A stretch of DNA of 64,000 nt from an uncultured cyanobacterium (GTDB taxonomy: Bacteria > Cyanobacteriota > Cyanobacteriia > Phormidesmidales > Phormidesmidaceae): assembly GCA_963793265.1 (NCBI GenBank), contig CAWBZI010000001.1, positions 320,001 through 384,000 of the forward strand, written 5' to 3'. Shown here piece after piece: positions 10,012 to 20,728 of this stretch. A program made the position numbers and the translations under genes. The notes under the pieces are model-generated. The model made no database searches, had not been told where the DNA came from, and was given only the letters and a program-made list of their open reading frames with translations. Each line of letters begins with the position of its first letter. Position 1 is the first letter of the stretch.

Positions 10012-12456
10012 ATGGATTGGGCGCGGGCAACGGATCAACTGAGATCGCACCGTCTAGAAGCGCTTTTCACTGAAACGCTCGGCTGGCAGGTGGTAGCAGA
10101 AAGCCCAATTGCCTCCCAAGTGCCGATTCAAATACTTGACTGGCAATGCAAGGCGATCGCCTATCGTGATGGCATCACTGTTTGGCAAGTTTTGCTACCT
10201 GATGATAGACCGCTTACACCTGACACAAGACAGACGGTTTACGAGACAATTTCGCAGCGAGTAGAGACGCCAGATTGTTGCGAAGCACCGCTCGTCATCT
10301 TTGTAGATGCTCACAAAACGCGCAGTTTGTGGTGTTCTCCTCAAGGAAGTGCGTTATATGTGGCCAATCAGCCCGCCAAACTATGGGAGTTTCGTCTGAA
10401 AAGATTTACTCAGGGTAGGCGCGGGCTATTTCCTGTTTTGGAGCGGGAGCAGGAAAAGTACGAGGTTTTTGAACAGCTATTACAAGACTTGTGCAGCGGA
10501 ATACAGGGAATTAGTCATAAGAGTGACCGACAAGAGTATGCGCTGCTAATGGTTCAGCGGCTAATCCTCATTCAAAGTATGCAGCAAAAAGGCTGGCTTG
10601 GTGGCGATACTTGGTATTTGCAAAATAGGTTTGGCCAGGCGCTACAGGCTGGTGGAGATCTCTTTTTTAGTGATTATTTGCAGCCGCTTTATCGAAGCCT
10701 GGCGCTACCAAAAATAGAGCGATCACCTGCGTTAAAAGAGACAGTAGGCAACGTGCCTTTTTTAGGCAGTTTGTTCGATACGCATAGGTTAGAGAGAAAG
10801 TACGAACAGATTGCAATAGGCAATAGCCCCTTTGAAAACATCTTAGGCTGGCTAAGCGAACAAAGTAATGATGACGCGCTCAATCCATGGCTGAGTGGAG
10901 ATCTGGGCTATTTGCTAGAGCGCTATTGGGGCCAGCACACGCAGCCAAAGTCGGACTATATAGGGACGCCAGCGTTAGGCCGTGAGGTGAGCGATCGCAC
11001 AATAGACACGCTATTGCTAAACCGAATCAATCGCGACTGGCTGCCAAAAGCGTTCTCGAATGAAGACTTTAAAACTATCACCCTAAACGATGTGTTATTC
11101 AGCGCTAGCCCTAAACTATGCCGCCATTTGATTCAGAATATTTTGCCTAACTTGCGTCTATTAGATCCTGCCTGTGGCAGCGGCAGTCTTTTGGTAGCAC
11201 TGCATCAGCGGCTTATTGAAATTTTTAGCGTGCTCATTGGCTACAGTCAACAACATCAAGACACTCAGCTTAAAATTTGGCAATCGGGCCTGATAGAAAC
11301 AGCGTCCGCTGACGATGAGAATACGATAGAAACAGAACATAATCACCTACTGCTAAACGTTCAGGCAGGCGTGCTTAAACACATTCTGCATGGTGTAGAT
11401 ATTTTGCCGGGGGCTGTTGAGACAGCTCGGTTTCAACAGGGGGTGATGAGAGTTGCGATCGCTCAACACCCTAATGTTCTAGAACCTCTCATCGATCTAT
11501 CCTTCAGCATCCTAGTCGGCAACAGCTTGGTCGGACTCATCTCGGTAAATGAGGAGCGCTTCGATCAGGTCAACAAGTCGGGAGAGCTAAATGTTCTTCA
11601 GGGTAACTTGCTACAGCCTTTAGCCGCCGATGGATATCAAATAACGTTAGCTGAGAGAGATTTGGCTTTAGAGCACTACAAGTCTCGCAACCAAGCGCTA
11701 GCTGATGCCGGTAATATTCCGGCCTATGCAAGAGCCTCACTGCTTAAAGAAGAGATTTTTCAGCTAGATAGCAAAGCTCAAAACAAGCTAGATGCTTTGC
11801 TTTTGAACTATATGAGCGAACAGCTTGGCATTCAGTACAAGGCCATGCAGCTTACAGACAAGCCTCAGCGCCGCCTGATAAGCATAGAAGATATCGACGT
11901 TTTGCAGCCGTTTCACTGGGGCTATCACTTTAACGAGATTGTTCAACGTGGCGGCTTTGATGCCATTGCGTGCGTGCCGCCGTGGGGAGCCTTTAAGCCA
12001 ACAGCTGAGGTGTTTTTTCAGCAATTTCAAGATTTAGCTGAGGCTAAGGGTTTGAGTGTGGAGGTTTCGGCCAGGCTACTCAAAACCTCTAAGCAAGCGC
12101 TCTTGGAGGGCGATCCAGACATTGCCGAGGCCTGGCTATTTTATCAAAATCAATATGCCTACGTCGCAGACTACTTTTACCGCAGCGAGCAGTATGCCCA
12201 TCAAAATCCAAAGGTTCGCGGTAAGTCTGTTCGCAATCAGCTTGTTTTAGAACGGTTATTTTTAGAACGGTGCTGTAGCTTGCTCTCTATAGATGGAAAT
12301 GTGGCGATTGTTTTACCAGAAAAGATGGCAGAAGATAATAAGGCTCAAGCGTTACTGTGTTATCTGGAAGAGATTGGGCGGGTGAGTGAGGTGGAGATAG
12401 TAGGAGATGACGCGATCGCTCTACTTTCCCTACAGCGCAACGGCTCTACAAATTAG
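10012..12456 (+). CDS. Eco57I/type IIG-like DNA methyltransferase homologue, catalytically degenerate and C-terminally short
   Basis: Motif I LLDPACGSG and PFHWGYHF..IVQRGGFDAI are present, but motif IV reads VPPW instead of NPP(Y/W). Confidence 0.75.
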   Translation: MDWARATDQLRSHRLEALFTETLGWQVVAESPIASQVPIQILDWQCKAIAYRDGITVWQVLLPDDRPLTPDTRQTVYETISQRVETPDCCEAPLVIFVDAHKTRSLWCSPQGSALYVANQPAKLWEFRLKRFTQGRRGLFPVLEREQEKYEVFEQLLQDLCSGIQGISHKSDRQEYALLMVQRLILIQSMQQKGWLGGDTWYLQNRFGQALQAGGDLFFSDYLQPLYRSLALPKIERSPALKETVGNVPFLGSLFDTHRLERKYEQIAIGNSPFENILGWLSEQSNDDALNPWLSGDLGYLLERYWGQHTQPKSDYIGTPALGREVSDRTIDTLLLNRINRDWLPKAFSNEDFKTITLNDVLFSASPKLCRHLIQNILPNLRLLDPACGSGSLLVALHQRLIEIFSVLIGYSQQHQDTQLKIWQSGLIETASADDENTIETEHNHLLLNVQAGVLKHILHGVDILPGAVETARFQQGVMRVAIAQHPNVLEPLIDLSFSILVGNSLVGLISVNEERFDQVNKSGELNVLQGNLLQPLAADGYQITLAERDLALEHYKSRNQALADAGNIPAYARASLLKEEIFQLDSKAQNKLDALLLNYMSEQLGIQYKAMQLTDKPQRRLISIEDIDVLQPFHWGYHFNEIVQRGGFDAIACVPPWGAFKPTAEVFFQQFQDLAEAKGLSVEVSARLLKTSKQALLEGDPDIAEAWLFYQNQYAYVADYFYRSEQYAHQNPKVRGKSVRNQLVLERLFLERCCSLLSIDGNVAIVLPEKMAEDNKAQALLCYLEEIGRVSEVEIVGDDAIALLSLQRNGSTN

Positions 12457-13202
12457 CGACTCTGGCGCGCGCGTGTAACCATAGCGCCTGCCATCGCTGC
12501 TAGTCCTAAAACAAAAGCAGGTTCTGGAATATCGGTAGGCTGCTGGCCGCCGTCGCCGTCCATAGCAATAGATTGGATTTGAGCAAACAAAGTGCTATCG
12601 ACCGCCTGATCTTCAGGCACCTGAAAGCTCCGCGTAAAGGTAGCACCATTGTCAGGGCTAAATCCCAAAACTTCTACACTGTAGCGCTGTTGATCTATTG
12701 TGAATGTTTGCGGCTCAGGGTTTTGCGAAATAGATAGGCTATCATCGCTGTTATCCTCATCCGAGTTAGACGTGAGATTGAAAGTAAAGCGATATTCAAA
12801 CTGTTGCTGAATTTGAGCAGGCTGTAGCAGATTGATATTGACGCCCAAAGGTACGCTAGAGGCATTCGTGCCGCTGAACGTTTGGCCGTTGAGATAGGTG
12901 AGTGTGCCAATTGAAAAAGACTGATCGCTCATGGCAGCAAAGCTTTTTCCAGCAAAGGTAAGCTTGTTTGCCGTAGACATCTCTCCGGCCTCGCCCAGCA
13001 TAAACGTTTCGGTCAGCGGCGCAGGTCTTTCAATGCTAAAGACAGGATCAGAATCTACAGCCTCATCGATATCAGGTATTCCAAACGCACCCGCGCTGTT
13101 GCCCGTAATAACAATAGCCGCTTGTGCTCTTGAGCTATAGGCGCAAACCGCTAGTAGAGTAGCCGCTAGCGTAGCCGAGGCGAACTTGAAGGAACGAGAC
13201 AT
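12453..13202 (-). CDS. Secreted choice-of-anchor K-like protein with PEP-CTERM sorting signal
   Basis: Signal peptide ending AQA; C-terminal IPEPAFVLGLAAMAGAMVTRARQSR. Confidence 0.8.
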   Translation of the reverse strand: MSRSFKFASATLAATLLAVCAYSSRAQAAIVITGNSAGAFGIPDIDEAVDSDPVFSIERPAPLTETFMLGEAGEMSTANKLTFAGKSFAAMSDQSFSIGTLTYLNGQTFSGTNASSVPLGVNINLLQPAQIQQQFEYRFTFNLTSNSDEDNSDDSLSISQNPEPQTFTIDQQRYSVEVLGFSPDNGATFTRSFQVPEDQAVDSTLFAQIQSIAMDGDGGQQPTDIPEPAFVLGLAAMAGAMVTRARQSR

Positions 13203-13674
13203 ATTGTGGGTTCAGCATAGTGACAAACGTATCAGGAAAAATTGATGCACCTAGATAATCAATGTAGTAATTCCACTGAGCCTGTGCATATAGTGAAATT
13301 ACATATTCTTCAATTCTTCATCGGAGTTTTAAGACCGTGCCCTACTAAGGAGCGCAGAAATACCGAAAGCTGCCGATATATTCAACAGTCGATAAAGCGC
13401 AAGATCCCCACCGTTTGAGTAAAGCTACTGTGAATATGCTTTACAAACGACGGCTGTAATATTTACCGCAAATTTATCTTAGGTTCCCGGAGCAGGCGGA
13501 ATTGTTTGGTTGCTTGGTGTTGAGCGCGATCGCCTAGCCACTGCTAAGGCTTACCCTCTGTTCTTCTTTATTGGGTTGAAATAGTGTTTTGTTAGGCGAT
13601 TGTGAAGTGTGATCGCGAGCAGTCCGTAGCTGTTCTGTATCAATCTCTTCTGTAGCACTCAGTAGGATCCACAT

Positions 13675-13708
13675 AAAAAAGGTGCAGATGAAATCAATCA
13701 TCTGCACC
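13675..13708 (-). terminator. dnaK intrinsic terminator
   Basis: GGTGCAGATG / CATCTGCACC stem with a 6-A run (U-tract on the minus strand). Confidence 0.8.
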
Positions 13709-13790
13709 GCTAAACTAGCCGAAGCTATTCAGTTGTCTCTTTTCTCTGACGCCTGAGCGCTGAGGCCCAGAGCTAACCTGCTGTGGCAAC

Positions 13791-15698
13791 CTACTTCCCG
13801 TCAGTTTCAGAAAACTCAGCGTCAATCACATCGTCTTCACCACTTGAAGCGGTACCACTGTCAGCCTCACCCTCTGCGTCAGGGGCTGCGCCTGCACCGG
13901 CTGCATCCTGATAGAGATTGCTGCTCAAAGAATATAGGGCTTGCTGAAGCGTTTCCATAGAAGACTTGATCTTATCGAAGTCCTCAGCGGCAAGTGCTTC
14001 CTTGAGGTCTTTAATTTGGCCCTCAATTTTTTCCTTATCTTCAGCAGGAACCTTATCACCCAGCTCTTCTACCTGCTTTTCAGCCTGGTAGGCCAGCGAG
14101 TCAGCCTGGTTCTTCATGTCGATGCGCTCACGGCGCTCCTTATCAGTGTCAGCGTTGCTTTCCGCATCGCGCACCATCTGCTCGACCTCAGTATCAGAGA
14201 GCGTCGAAGCACCCGTGATACTAATAGACTGCTCTTTACCCGATCCCTTGTCTTTAGCCGTGACGTTCAAGATGCCGTTAGCGTCAATATCAAAGGTAAC
14301 TTCGATTTGAGGGACGCCGCGTTGCGCAGATGGAATGCCATCTAGGCGGAACGTTCCCAAGCTCTTGTTATCGCTAGACATTTCACGCTCACCTTGCAGC
14401 ACGTGAATTTCTACGTTGGTCTGACCGTCGACAGCGGTAGAGAACACCTCTGACTTCTTCGTAGGAATCGTCGTGTTGCGAGTGATCAGCTTAGTCATCA
14501 CGCCACCGAGGGTTTCAACACCCAAAGATAGCGGCGTCACGTCTAGCAAGAGGATGTCTTTGACTTCACCAGCTAATACGCCACCTTGAATAGCCGCACC
14601 AATCGCAACCACTTCATCAGGGTTAACGGTCTGGTTAGGCGCTTTGCCCAAGATTTTTTCAACGAGGTTCTGCACCGCAGGGATGCGAGTAGAACCACCG
14701 ACGAGTACGACCTCATCAATATCAGTCTTGCTGAGCTTGGCGTCTTTGAGCGCGTTTTGCACGGGGACGCCACAGCGATCGATCAGATCAGAGCACAGCT
14801 CCTCGAACTTAGCGCGAGTCAAGGTGGTTTCTAAGTGCTTAGGCCCATCCTGAGTAGCGGTGATAAACGGTAGGTTTACCTCTGCCTGGCTAACGCTAGA
14901 GAGTTCAATCTTGGCTTTCTCAGCGGCTTCAGTCAGGCGCTGTAGAGCCTGCTTATCTTTGCGAAGGTCGATGCCTTCCTTCTTAGCGAAGTCTTCAGCG
15001 AGGTAGTCAACGAGCTTTTTATCAAAGTCGTCGCCGCCTAAGTGCGTGTCACCTGAAGTAGAGAGTACTTCAAATACGCCGTCGCCAACTTCGAGTATAG
15101 ATACGTCAAAGGTACCACCACCTAAGTCAAAGACGAGGATAGTTTCATTGCTCTTTTTATCAAGGCCGTAAGCCAGTGCGGCGGCTGTGGGCTCGTTGAT
15201 AATGCGAAGGACTTCAACGCCTGCGACTTTACCCGCGTCTTTTGTAGCCTGACGCTGAGAGTCATTAAAGTAGGCCGGAACTGTAATCACAGCCTGAGTG
15301 ACCTTCTCGCCAAGGTACTTACTGGCATCGTCTACGAGCTTACGCAGCACCTGAGCCGAAATTTCTTCGGGGGCGTACTGCTTACCATCTGAGGTTTCAA
15401 TTTTTACATTGCCGCCTACTTTTGCAATTTTGTAGGGGACTTCGCTGGACTCGTTATTGACTTCATCATACTGACGACCGATGAAGCGCTTAACTGAGTA
15501 CAGCGTGTTTTCGGGGTTCATGACCGCCTGACGCTTCGCAATTTGGCCAACGAGGCGATCGCCATTTTTGGCATAAGCCACCACCGATGGCGTCGTGCGA
15601 AACCCTTCAGCATTAGCAATTACAGAGGGCTTACCGCCTTCCATAACCGCGACGACTGAATTGGTAGTTCCAAGGTCAATTCCAACGACTTTTCCCAT
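13791..15698 (-). CDS. dnaK: Chaperone DnaK (DnaK2 type)
   Basis: [38 protein letters not shown]-terminal [11 protein letters not shown]. Confidence 0.98.
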   Translation of the reverse strand: MGKVVGIDLGTTNSVVAVMEGGKPSVIANAEGFRTTPSVVAYAKNGDRLVGQIAKRQAVMNPENTLYSVKRFIGRQYDEVNNESSEVPYKIAKVGGNVKIETSDGKQYAPEEISAQVLRKLVDDASKYLGEKVTQAVITVPAYFNDSQRQATKDAGKVAGVEVLRIINEPTAAALAYGLDKKSNETILVFDLGGGTFDVSILEVGDGVFEVLSTSGDTHLGGDDFDKKLVDYLAEDFAKKEGIDLRKDKQALQRLTEAAEKAKIELSSVSQAEVNLPFITATQDGPKHLETTLTRAKFEELCSDLIDRCGVPVQNALKDAKLSKTDIDEVVLVGGSTRIPAVQNLVEKILGKAPNQTVNPDEVVAIGAAIQGGVLAGEVKDILLLDVTPLSLGVETLGGVMTKLITRNTTIPTKKSEVFSTAVDGQTNVEIHVLQGEREMSSDNKSLGTFRLDGIPSAQRGVPQIEVTFDIDANGILNVTAKDKGSGKEQSISITGASTLSDTEVEQMVRDAESNADTDKERRERIDMKNQADSLAYQAEKQVEELGDKVPAEDKEKIEGQIKDLKEALAAEDFDKIKSSMETLQQALYSLSSNLYQDAAGAGAAPDAEGEADSGTASSGEDDVIDAEFSETDGK

Positions 15699-15792
15699 GT
15701 GTATCTCCGAGTGATCTGAATAACTAACGACTAACTAAAATTTGTTCGTAAAGGTTATATACATAGTGCGCAATGGGGGGCGGTTTGCTGAA

Positions 15793-15808
15793 GGGGGGGT
15801 TACCGAAC
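15793..15808 (-). promoter_or_regulatory. K-box-like element upstream of dnaK
   Basis: Minus strand GTTCGGTAACCCCCCC is one mismatch from the cyanobacterial K-box GTTCGG-NNAN-CCNNAC known upstream of dnaK2/groESL. Confidence 0.6.
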
Positions 15809-15963
15809 CGGGGGCTTCGGCTAGGCTGAGCTGCTAGCGGGTGGGCTTGGTTGAGATGAGCAGCTATTAATTAAATAGCGGCAGAATAGCTCAAGCAGGA
15901 AAATAGAAAGCAGAATAGAAGCTAGCTAATAGTCAAAGGCGTGTCGCCTCTTTGTAAGTAACC

Positions 15964-16200
15964 ATGATTCAAACTATTAAAGCCAAAACAACCGTTAAGC
16001 CTGGTGGCTTAGTTGAGGTGCATTCAGATGAGCTGCCTGAAGGGGCTACCGTAGAGGTAATTGTGCTAGTAGAAGCCGTTGAAGAGCCGAAAAAGCCTTC
16101 AAGAAAGCTGACTGATTTTATTGGAGCTGCCAAGGGCAGTTTTTCTAGCGTTGCCGAAATTGATGCGTACATTCGCGAAGAGCGCGATTCATGGGATTGA
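15964..16200 (+). CDS. Putative antitoxin of a VapBC-type pair
   Basis: 78-aa ORF overlapping the start of a PIN gene; C-terminal FIGAAKGSFSSVAEIDAYIREERDSWD. Confidence 0.7.
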   Translation: MIQTIKAKTTVKPGGLVEVHSDELPEGATVEVIVLVEAVEEPKKPSRKLTDFIGAAKGSFSSVAEIDAYIREERDSWD

Positions 16201-16652
16201 TAGAGCTGCTGAGAGGTGACCGCATTTACTTAGACGCTAATATTTGGATCTATGCGCTAGAAAACGTTGCTGAATATAGTAATTCGTTTGTTTCTTTGTT
16301 TAAAGCGGCTGAGGAAGGGGATCTGACGATTTTGACGAGTGAGCTTACGCTTGCGGAAATTCTGGTCAGATCTATTAAGAGAAGCGATATAGCGAGGCAA
16401 ATTATCTATACCGAAGCTATCACGACTACAGACGATACGATTGCTGCGCCTGTCAATAGAAGTATTCTTCTGGAAGCAGCTAGAGTTCGGAGCAATACGA
16501 AGCTCAAGCTACCGGATGCGATTCATGCGGCTACTGCGATCAAGACCAACTGTACGACTTTTCTAACTAACGACAAGCAGTTTAGAACCGTTCAGGGTTT
16601 GCACACGCTGCTGCTATCGCAAGTTCCGGCAGATTCTGATGAGGAAGAATAG
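16191..16652 (+). CDS. VapC-family PIN domain toxin
   Basis: IYLDANIWIY, SELTLAE, LKLPDAIHAATA, FLTND. Confidence 0.9.
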   Translation: MGLIELLRGDRIYLDANIWIYALENVAEYSNSFVSLFKAAEEGDLTILTSELTLAEILVRSIKRSDIARQIIYTEAITTTDDTIAAPVNRSILLEAARVRSNTKLKLPDAIHAATAIKTNCTTFLTNDKQFRTVQGLHTLLLSQVPADSDEEE

Positions 16653-16666
16653 AGTTAACGATAAAG

Positions 16667-16706
16667 AAAAAGCGCCTGACCGTATGTACTGTTGGTTGGG
16701 CGCTTT
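16667..16706. terminator. Bidirectional terminator between convergent genes
   Basis: AAAGCGCCTGACC / GGTTGGGCGCTTT stem with flanking A/T runs. Confidence 0.6.
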
Positions 16707-16731
16707 ATAGGTTCTCTAGTTCAGATTTTGC

Positions 16732-18009
16732 TCACGCAACTGCTGCAACTGCTGTATCTTCTTTCGCCTCTTCGTCCTGCGACTCGTCTTTTGCCATGAA
16801 ATACAGGCTTAGATTAGCGACTGTGAGCGGAGAAGCTTGCTTTAAGTTTCGGGCACTAAAGGCCGTCAAAGACTCTAGCGCTGCTCTTTCGGCAATGTAT
16901 TTTTCTTCCTGCTGTCGCGATTCTATATCAAATGAATAGACAAGACTGTCGTACAGGGCAGCTGGTACAAAATTTGACCTGGCCTCTTCGTAAAATGTGT
17001 ACTCTGCTGGCTTGTCTTCAGTGTGCTCCTCTGTGGTAGAAGCTTCTTCAGCTTCGGGGGCGATCGCTGCCAACTGCTCCTTTTCACCTATAGAAAGCCC
17101 TTCGTACCACTCAACCCGATTTCTCCATGCCTCAATAGCAACCAAATCGTGATCGCGAATTCTGGTGAGTTCAGGAAATAGAAAGTCTAGTTCTTCTTCG
17201 GTTTCGGCTTTATCTAGGGTGAGGGATGCGTCTTGGCGGATGGTGGTGGTGAGGGTGGTGAGGCGATCACACACCGTTTGCCATTCGCCCTGCATTTCGT
17301 AAGTCATTGCGATCGCCTGCTCAATTGCCCACACACACTCGCGCCTGCGAACATACGCCACCGCACCGATTCCGCTCATAATCTGGCTATTGTCATAATC
17401 AGATAAAGCCTGAAACATCATGTCTCTAGCCGCTTTAATTTCATCATTTCTTGCCCTTAAATCCTGCATGGTAACCGCAGAGGCAAGCCGGTTCATCGCC
17501 TTGTCAAACAAGCCATAAGCCCTAGCTAGAATCGTACGGTGCGCCCTGAACTCTACATCTTCTGACACATGCTGAATATGCTCGATTAGCTCAGTGCCCT
17601 GGTCTGCAAATGCTTGTTTAAGATCAATAAAACCTTCTCTAACCTCAACGCGCATTTGCTGCACGTCCTTTCTGAGCTTAAGCGTTTGCCACAGATTTAC
17701 AGCAGAAAGCGCTGCAACGCCTACTACGCCTACGCCAATTACAGCCGTAGTTGCTTGCAATGTTGCTACCGAGGCAGAAAGCGCTTTGATTCCTTGAAGT
17801 GCCTTATGTCCTTGGTACAGTTGACCTGCGCCCATAGCCATTGATGGTAGGGCTGTCAGTGGATTAAGTCCCATTCCAACAGCGTGTGCGGCAAACTGAC
17901 CTGTTGCAGCGTCTCGAACCATTCCAATGGGCACGCCTGCTGCTGTCTGAACCGGGATGTATTTCCCGGCAGCTATTAAAGCCTGTACTGGAAGTGAAAA
18001 CTGGTACAT
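16732..18009 (-). CDS. Hypothetical protein with N-terminal hydrophobic segments and helical C-terminus; partner of the dynamin gene
   Basis: 425-aa ORF starting 31 bp after the dynamin stop, with an AAGGAG Shine-Dalgarno; TM-like VIGVGVVGVAALSAVNLW. Confidence 0.8.
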   Translation of the reverse strand: MYQFSLPVQALIAAGKYIPVQTAAGVPIGMVRDAATGQFAAHAVGMGLNPLTALPSMAMGAGQLYQGHKALQGIKALSASVATLQATTAVIGVGVVGVAALSAVNLWQTLKLRKDVQQMRVEVREGFIDLKQAFADQGTELIEHIQHVSEDVEFRAHRTILARAYGLFDKAMNRLASAVTMQDLRARNDEIKAARDMMFQALSDYDNSQIMSGIGAVAYVRRRECVWAIEQAIAMTYEMQGEWQTVCDRLTTLTTTIRQDASLTLDKAETEEELDFLFPELTRIRDHDLVAIEAWRNRVEWYEGLSIGEKEQLAAIAPEAEEASTTEEHTEDKPAEYTFYEEARSNFVPAALYDSLVYSFDIESRQQEEKYIAERAALESLTAFSARNLKQASPLTVANLSLYFMAKDESQDEEAKEDTAVAAVA

Positions 18010-18040
18010 AGATGTTCTCCTTTAAATAAATAAATTTGTG

Positions 18041-20632
18041 TTAGTTCAGTGCTGCTTTAGTTAAATTGTTGAGAGCTGTTTCTATTGCTTGTAGCTGAAG
18101 AATCTTTTTCTGAATAAGAGCTGACTCTGTTCCCTTTTGTGCCAAAGTTTCTTTTAGAATTCTTTCCTGCTGCTCTAGCAGATTGCATAGGATAAAAATA
18201 GAAGCACTTGCCGCTTCGTGGAAATCTTGGGCCTTTCTGTCGAAGGCAATTTCTATGTTTTCAACAACCTTAGCTAACATTGGCTCGAAAGACTCTGTAA
18301 GCTTATCTATGCCCTTATTGAAGGCTTCCAGCTTCAGTTCTTGTTTCATTTCTTCTGTTGTTCTACCTAGAAAACCTATAATTCCACCAACTAATCCACC
18401 TGCCAAAACGATTGGAAACATAGTGAGGCTAGTAAAAGCAAGTCCTCCGACAGCTAGTGCACCACCGAACATCCCTAGCCCACCCAAAAAGCTTGTCGGA
18501 TCTTTCACTGACTCAGGTTCTAATTCAGAGTGGAAATTAAGATTGACGCCCAAACCCGACAACTCGAACTGTTTGTGCAAGTTAGTGCCAGCATCCTCGT
18601 CAATAGACTGTAGGTCATGTTTTATAGCTGCTAGCTTTCGAATAATTTCACTTTCTAGTGCCTTCACCTTAGGTTTTAAAATTGTCTGCATGACAGATTC
18701 TGTCAGCCAATTATCTAGCTCTTCAGACATGTTTTCAACAAATTGCCTTGCGTAGTCCTTAAGAATCTCTTTCTTCCCTTCACACTCAGTTTCCCACTTC
18801 TCTGCCTTAGTGATTAGGCGAGTATCAATACTCTCTAGCCACAGATCCCAAGAGTCGCTAACTTCTGAGAGTGTGTCATCAATGAGAGTATCTTTAAGCG
18901 CCTGAATTTTGGTGTCAAACCCACTTATCTCACCTGCTTGTTCTAGTATTTTGCGACGCTCCTCCTCTGAGAGACTGAGTTTGCCTTCTAAAGTAGCTGT
19001 CATTCGTTCGAATCCACCTTGGATACCTGAAATAAACCGCTGAATATCTGAAATTCTTTTCTCAAGTGTCAGTTCACCTCTCTCCTCTACTAAGAAAGTT
19101 TCGAGGGCGCTTACGAATTCTGAGAACGGCTTAGAATGCTCGTTTGAGGTCTGTGTCAAGGTTGCTTCTAGCGCAGACCGCGCAGACACAAAGTGAACTC
19201 GATTGTCGTTGCTTACTAGAGAGTTTGATGGATTGCGCACAACATTTTTTACTAGCGTTTCAACCTGCGCTACGTCTTTTGGCGATCGCAACAAATCCAT
19301 AAAATTAATCAGCACAAACAAATTATCAGCCGGAGCACCAGGATCTACTTTCTGCAAACGATGCTTCAAGCTTTGCAACAGATCTCGCTCTCCTTTCGTC
19401 ATGGGGCGCTGCGCATTCGCTAAAAAGATAGCCGCGTCAGTATCTTGCAATAGCCGTTCAGTTACCGCCGTCCGATCGGGATGCTCGTTTAATCCTGGCG
19501 AGTCTACAATCTCAACATGGTAACGGCACAGCGCTAGCCCCGGATGCTCCAGCACAATCTCAGCAATGTCAGATTCTGCTAGCTCAAGCTCTAGATTTCC
19601 TAACGCCGCTTCCTCTGGAATGGACACTTTCTGCTGATACTGATCAAAAGGAATGACAGCCTGTGTTCCATCCTTGTAATGGCAGATAACCCGTTTTTCA
19701 GCTCCGTATTTCAGTACCGTCAGCGTTCCACTACAGGGAATCGCTCGTACTGGCTGTAATTCTTCCCCTAGCAGTGCGTTCAAGAATGTCGATTTGCCCT
19801 GGCTAAACTCACCTACAATCGCCAGTCGAAATTTCTGGGACTGAACTTTTTGTGTGAGCGATCGCACCTCATCTTCCAACACTGAAGGAAAAATATCATA
19901 GTCTCCTTCTACCTGTAGCACTTGCAGCAGATCCGTACAGATTTGGCTCAACTGCTCCTGATAACCCTGAAACTTTTCGAGTTTCGCATACGAGAGCTTG
20001 CCGCCAGCTGAGTGCGATGCGTGCTCGGCCTGAGCTGAAAACTTAGAGGATAGAGAACTCGCGGCATTAACAATGGCCGCATCAATATTTTGAAATCGCT
20101 GAGGATCTAGCAGCCATCGCAGTTCTTCTATGGCGTCTGGGCTAACCTCGAATTGTTTGTCTTCCAGGCAAGAAAACAGTGCTTCTACTTGCTGCGCGGG
20201 TATGTCCATAGCGCGGGCTACTGTATCGAGATATTGCCGCTCTTGCGCTTCTGCATGGCCGTCTGCGATCGCTAATCTATACCCAAACCCCAAAATGATT
20301 AGCTTCTCAGAAACCGACAACGTATCTGTCAAACAGCTAATTGCATCCAAACGAGCATAAGTTTTATCTTTCCGTATGCCTTTAAGCATCAAAGAGGTTA
20401 GCTTCCTCATGCCACTTCTGGATGACACAAGCTGATTCAAAACTTCCTGAAGATAGGCCTTTTCCTCTTCTGCTAGCTGTCCGTCTGCGTAGGCTACACC
20501 AACTAGCACCGTCGTCACCGCCGACAAAAACATAATTCGAGGTGTAAGGTGACGCTTCATCACCTGTTGCCCCGTAATCTGTGTCAAGATTTCTGCACTG
20601 TCTACCGCTTGTATCGCAAGAGTTGAAGACAT
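18041..20632 (-). CDS. TerB-domain / bacterial dynamin-like GTPase fusion
   Basis: TerB-like VAYADGQLAEEE and LAIADGHAEAQE; P-loop GEFSQGKST; DSPG; Gly-rich hydrophobic paddle near the C-terminus. Confidence 0.85.
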   Translation of the reverse strand: MSSTLAIQAVDSAEILTQITGQQVMKRHLTPRIMFLSAVTTVLVGVAYADGQLAEEEKAYLQEVLNQLVSSRSGMRKLTSLMLKGIRKDKTYARLDAISCLTDTLSVSEKLIILGFGYRLAIADGHAEAQERQYLDTVARAMDIPAQQVEALFSCLEDKQFEVSPDAIEELRWLLDPQRFQNIDAAIVNAASSLSSKFSAQAEHASHSAGGKLSYAKLEKFQGYQEQLSQICTDLLQVLQVEGDYDIFPSVLEDEVRSLTQKVQSQKFRLAIVGEFSQGKSTFLNALLGEELQPVRAIPCSGTLTVLKYGAEKRVICHYKDGTQAVIPFDQYQQKVSIPEEAALGNLELELAESDIAEIVLEHPGLALCRYHVEIVDSPGLNEHPDRTAVTERLLQDTDAAIFLANAQRPMTKGERDLLQSLKHRLQKVDPGAPADNLFVLINFMDLLRSPKDVAQVETLVKNVVRNPSNSLVSNDNRVHFVSARSALEATLTQTSNEHSKPFSEFVSALETFLVEERGELTLEKRISDIQRFISGIQGGFERMTATLEGKLSLSEEERRKILEQAGEISGFDTKIQALKDTLIDDTLSEVSDSWDLWLESIDTRLITKAEKWETECEGKKEILKDYARQFVENMSEELDNWLTESVMQTILKPKVKALESEIIRKLAAIKHDLQSIDEDAGTNLHKQFELSGLGVNLNFHSELEPESVKDPTSFLGGLGMFGGALAVGGLAFTSLTMFPIVLAGGLVGGIIGFLGRTTEEMKQELKLEAFNKGIDKLTESFEPMLAKVVENIEIAFDRKAQDFHEAASASIFILCNLLEQQERILKETLAQKGTESALIQKKILQLQAIETALNNLTKAALN

Positions 20633-20728
20633 CTTCTACTTTCTACATAGGAATAACTGTTGATATGTTTCCCTGTGTGTTACTCAAGGTAGATCAGCAA
20701 AGCTGCCTATTCTGCACTGCTAAAAGCG

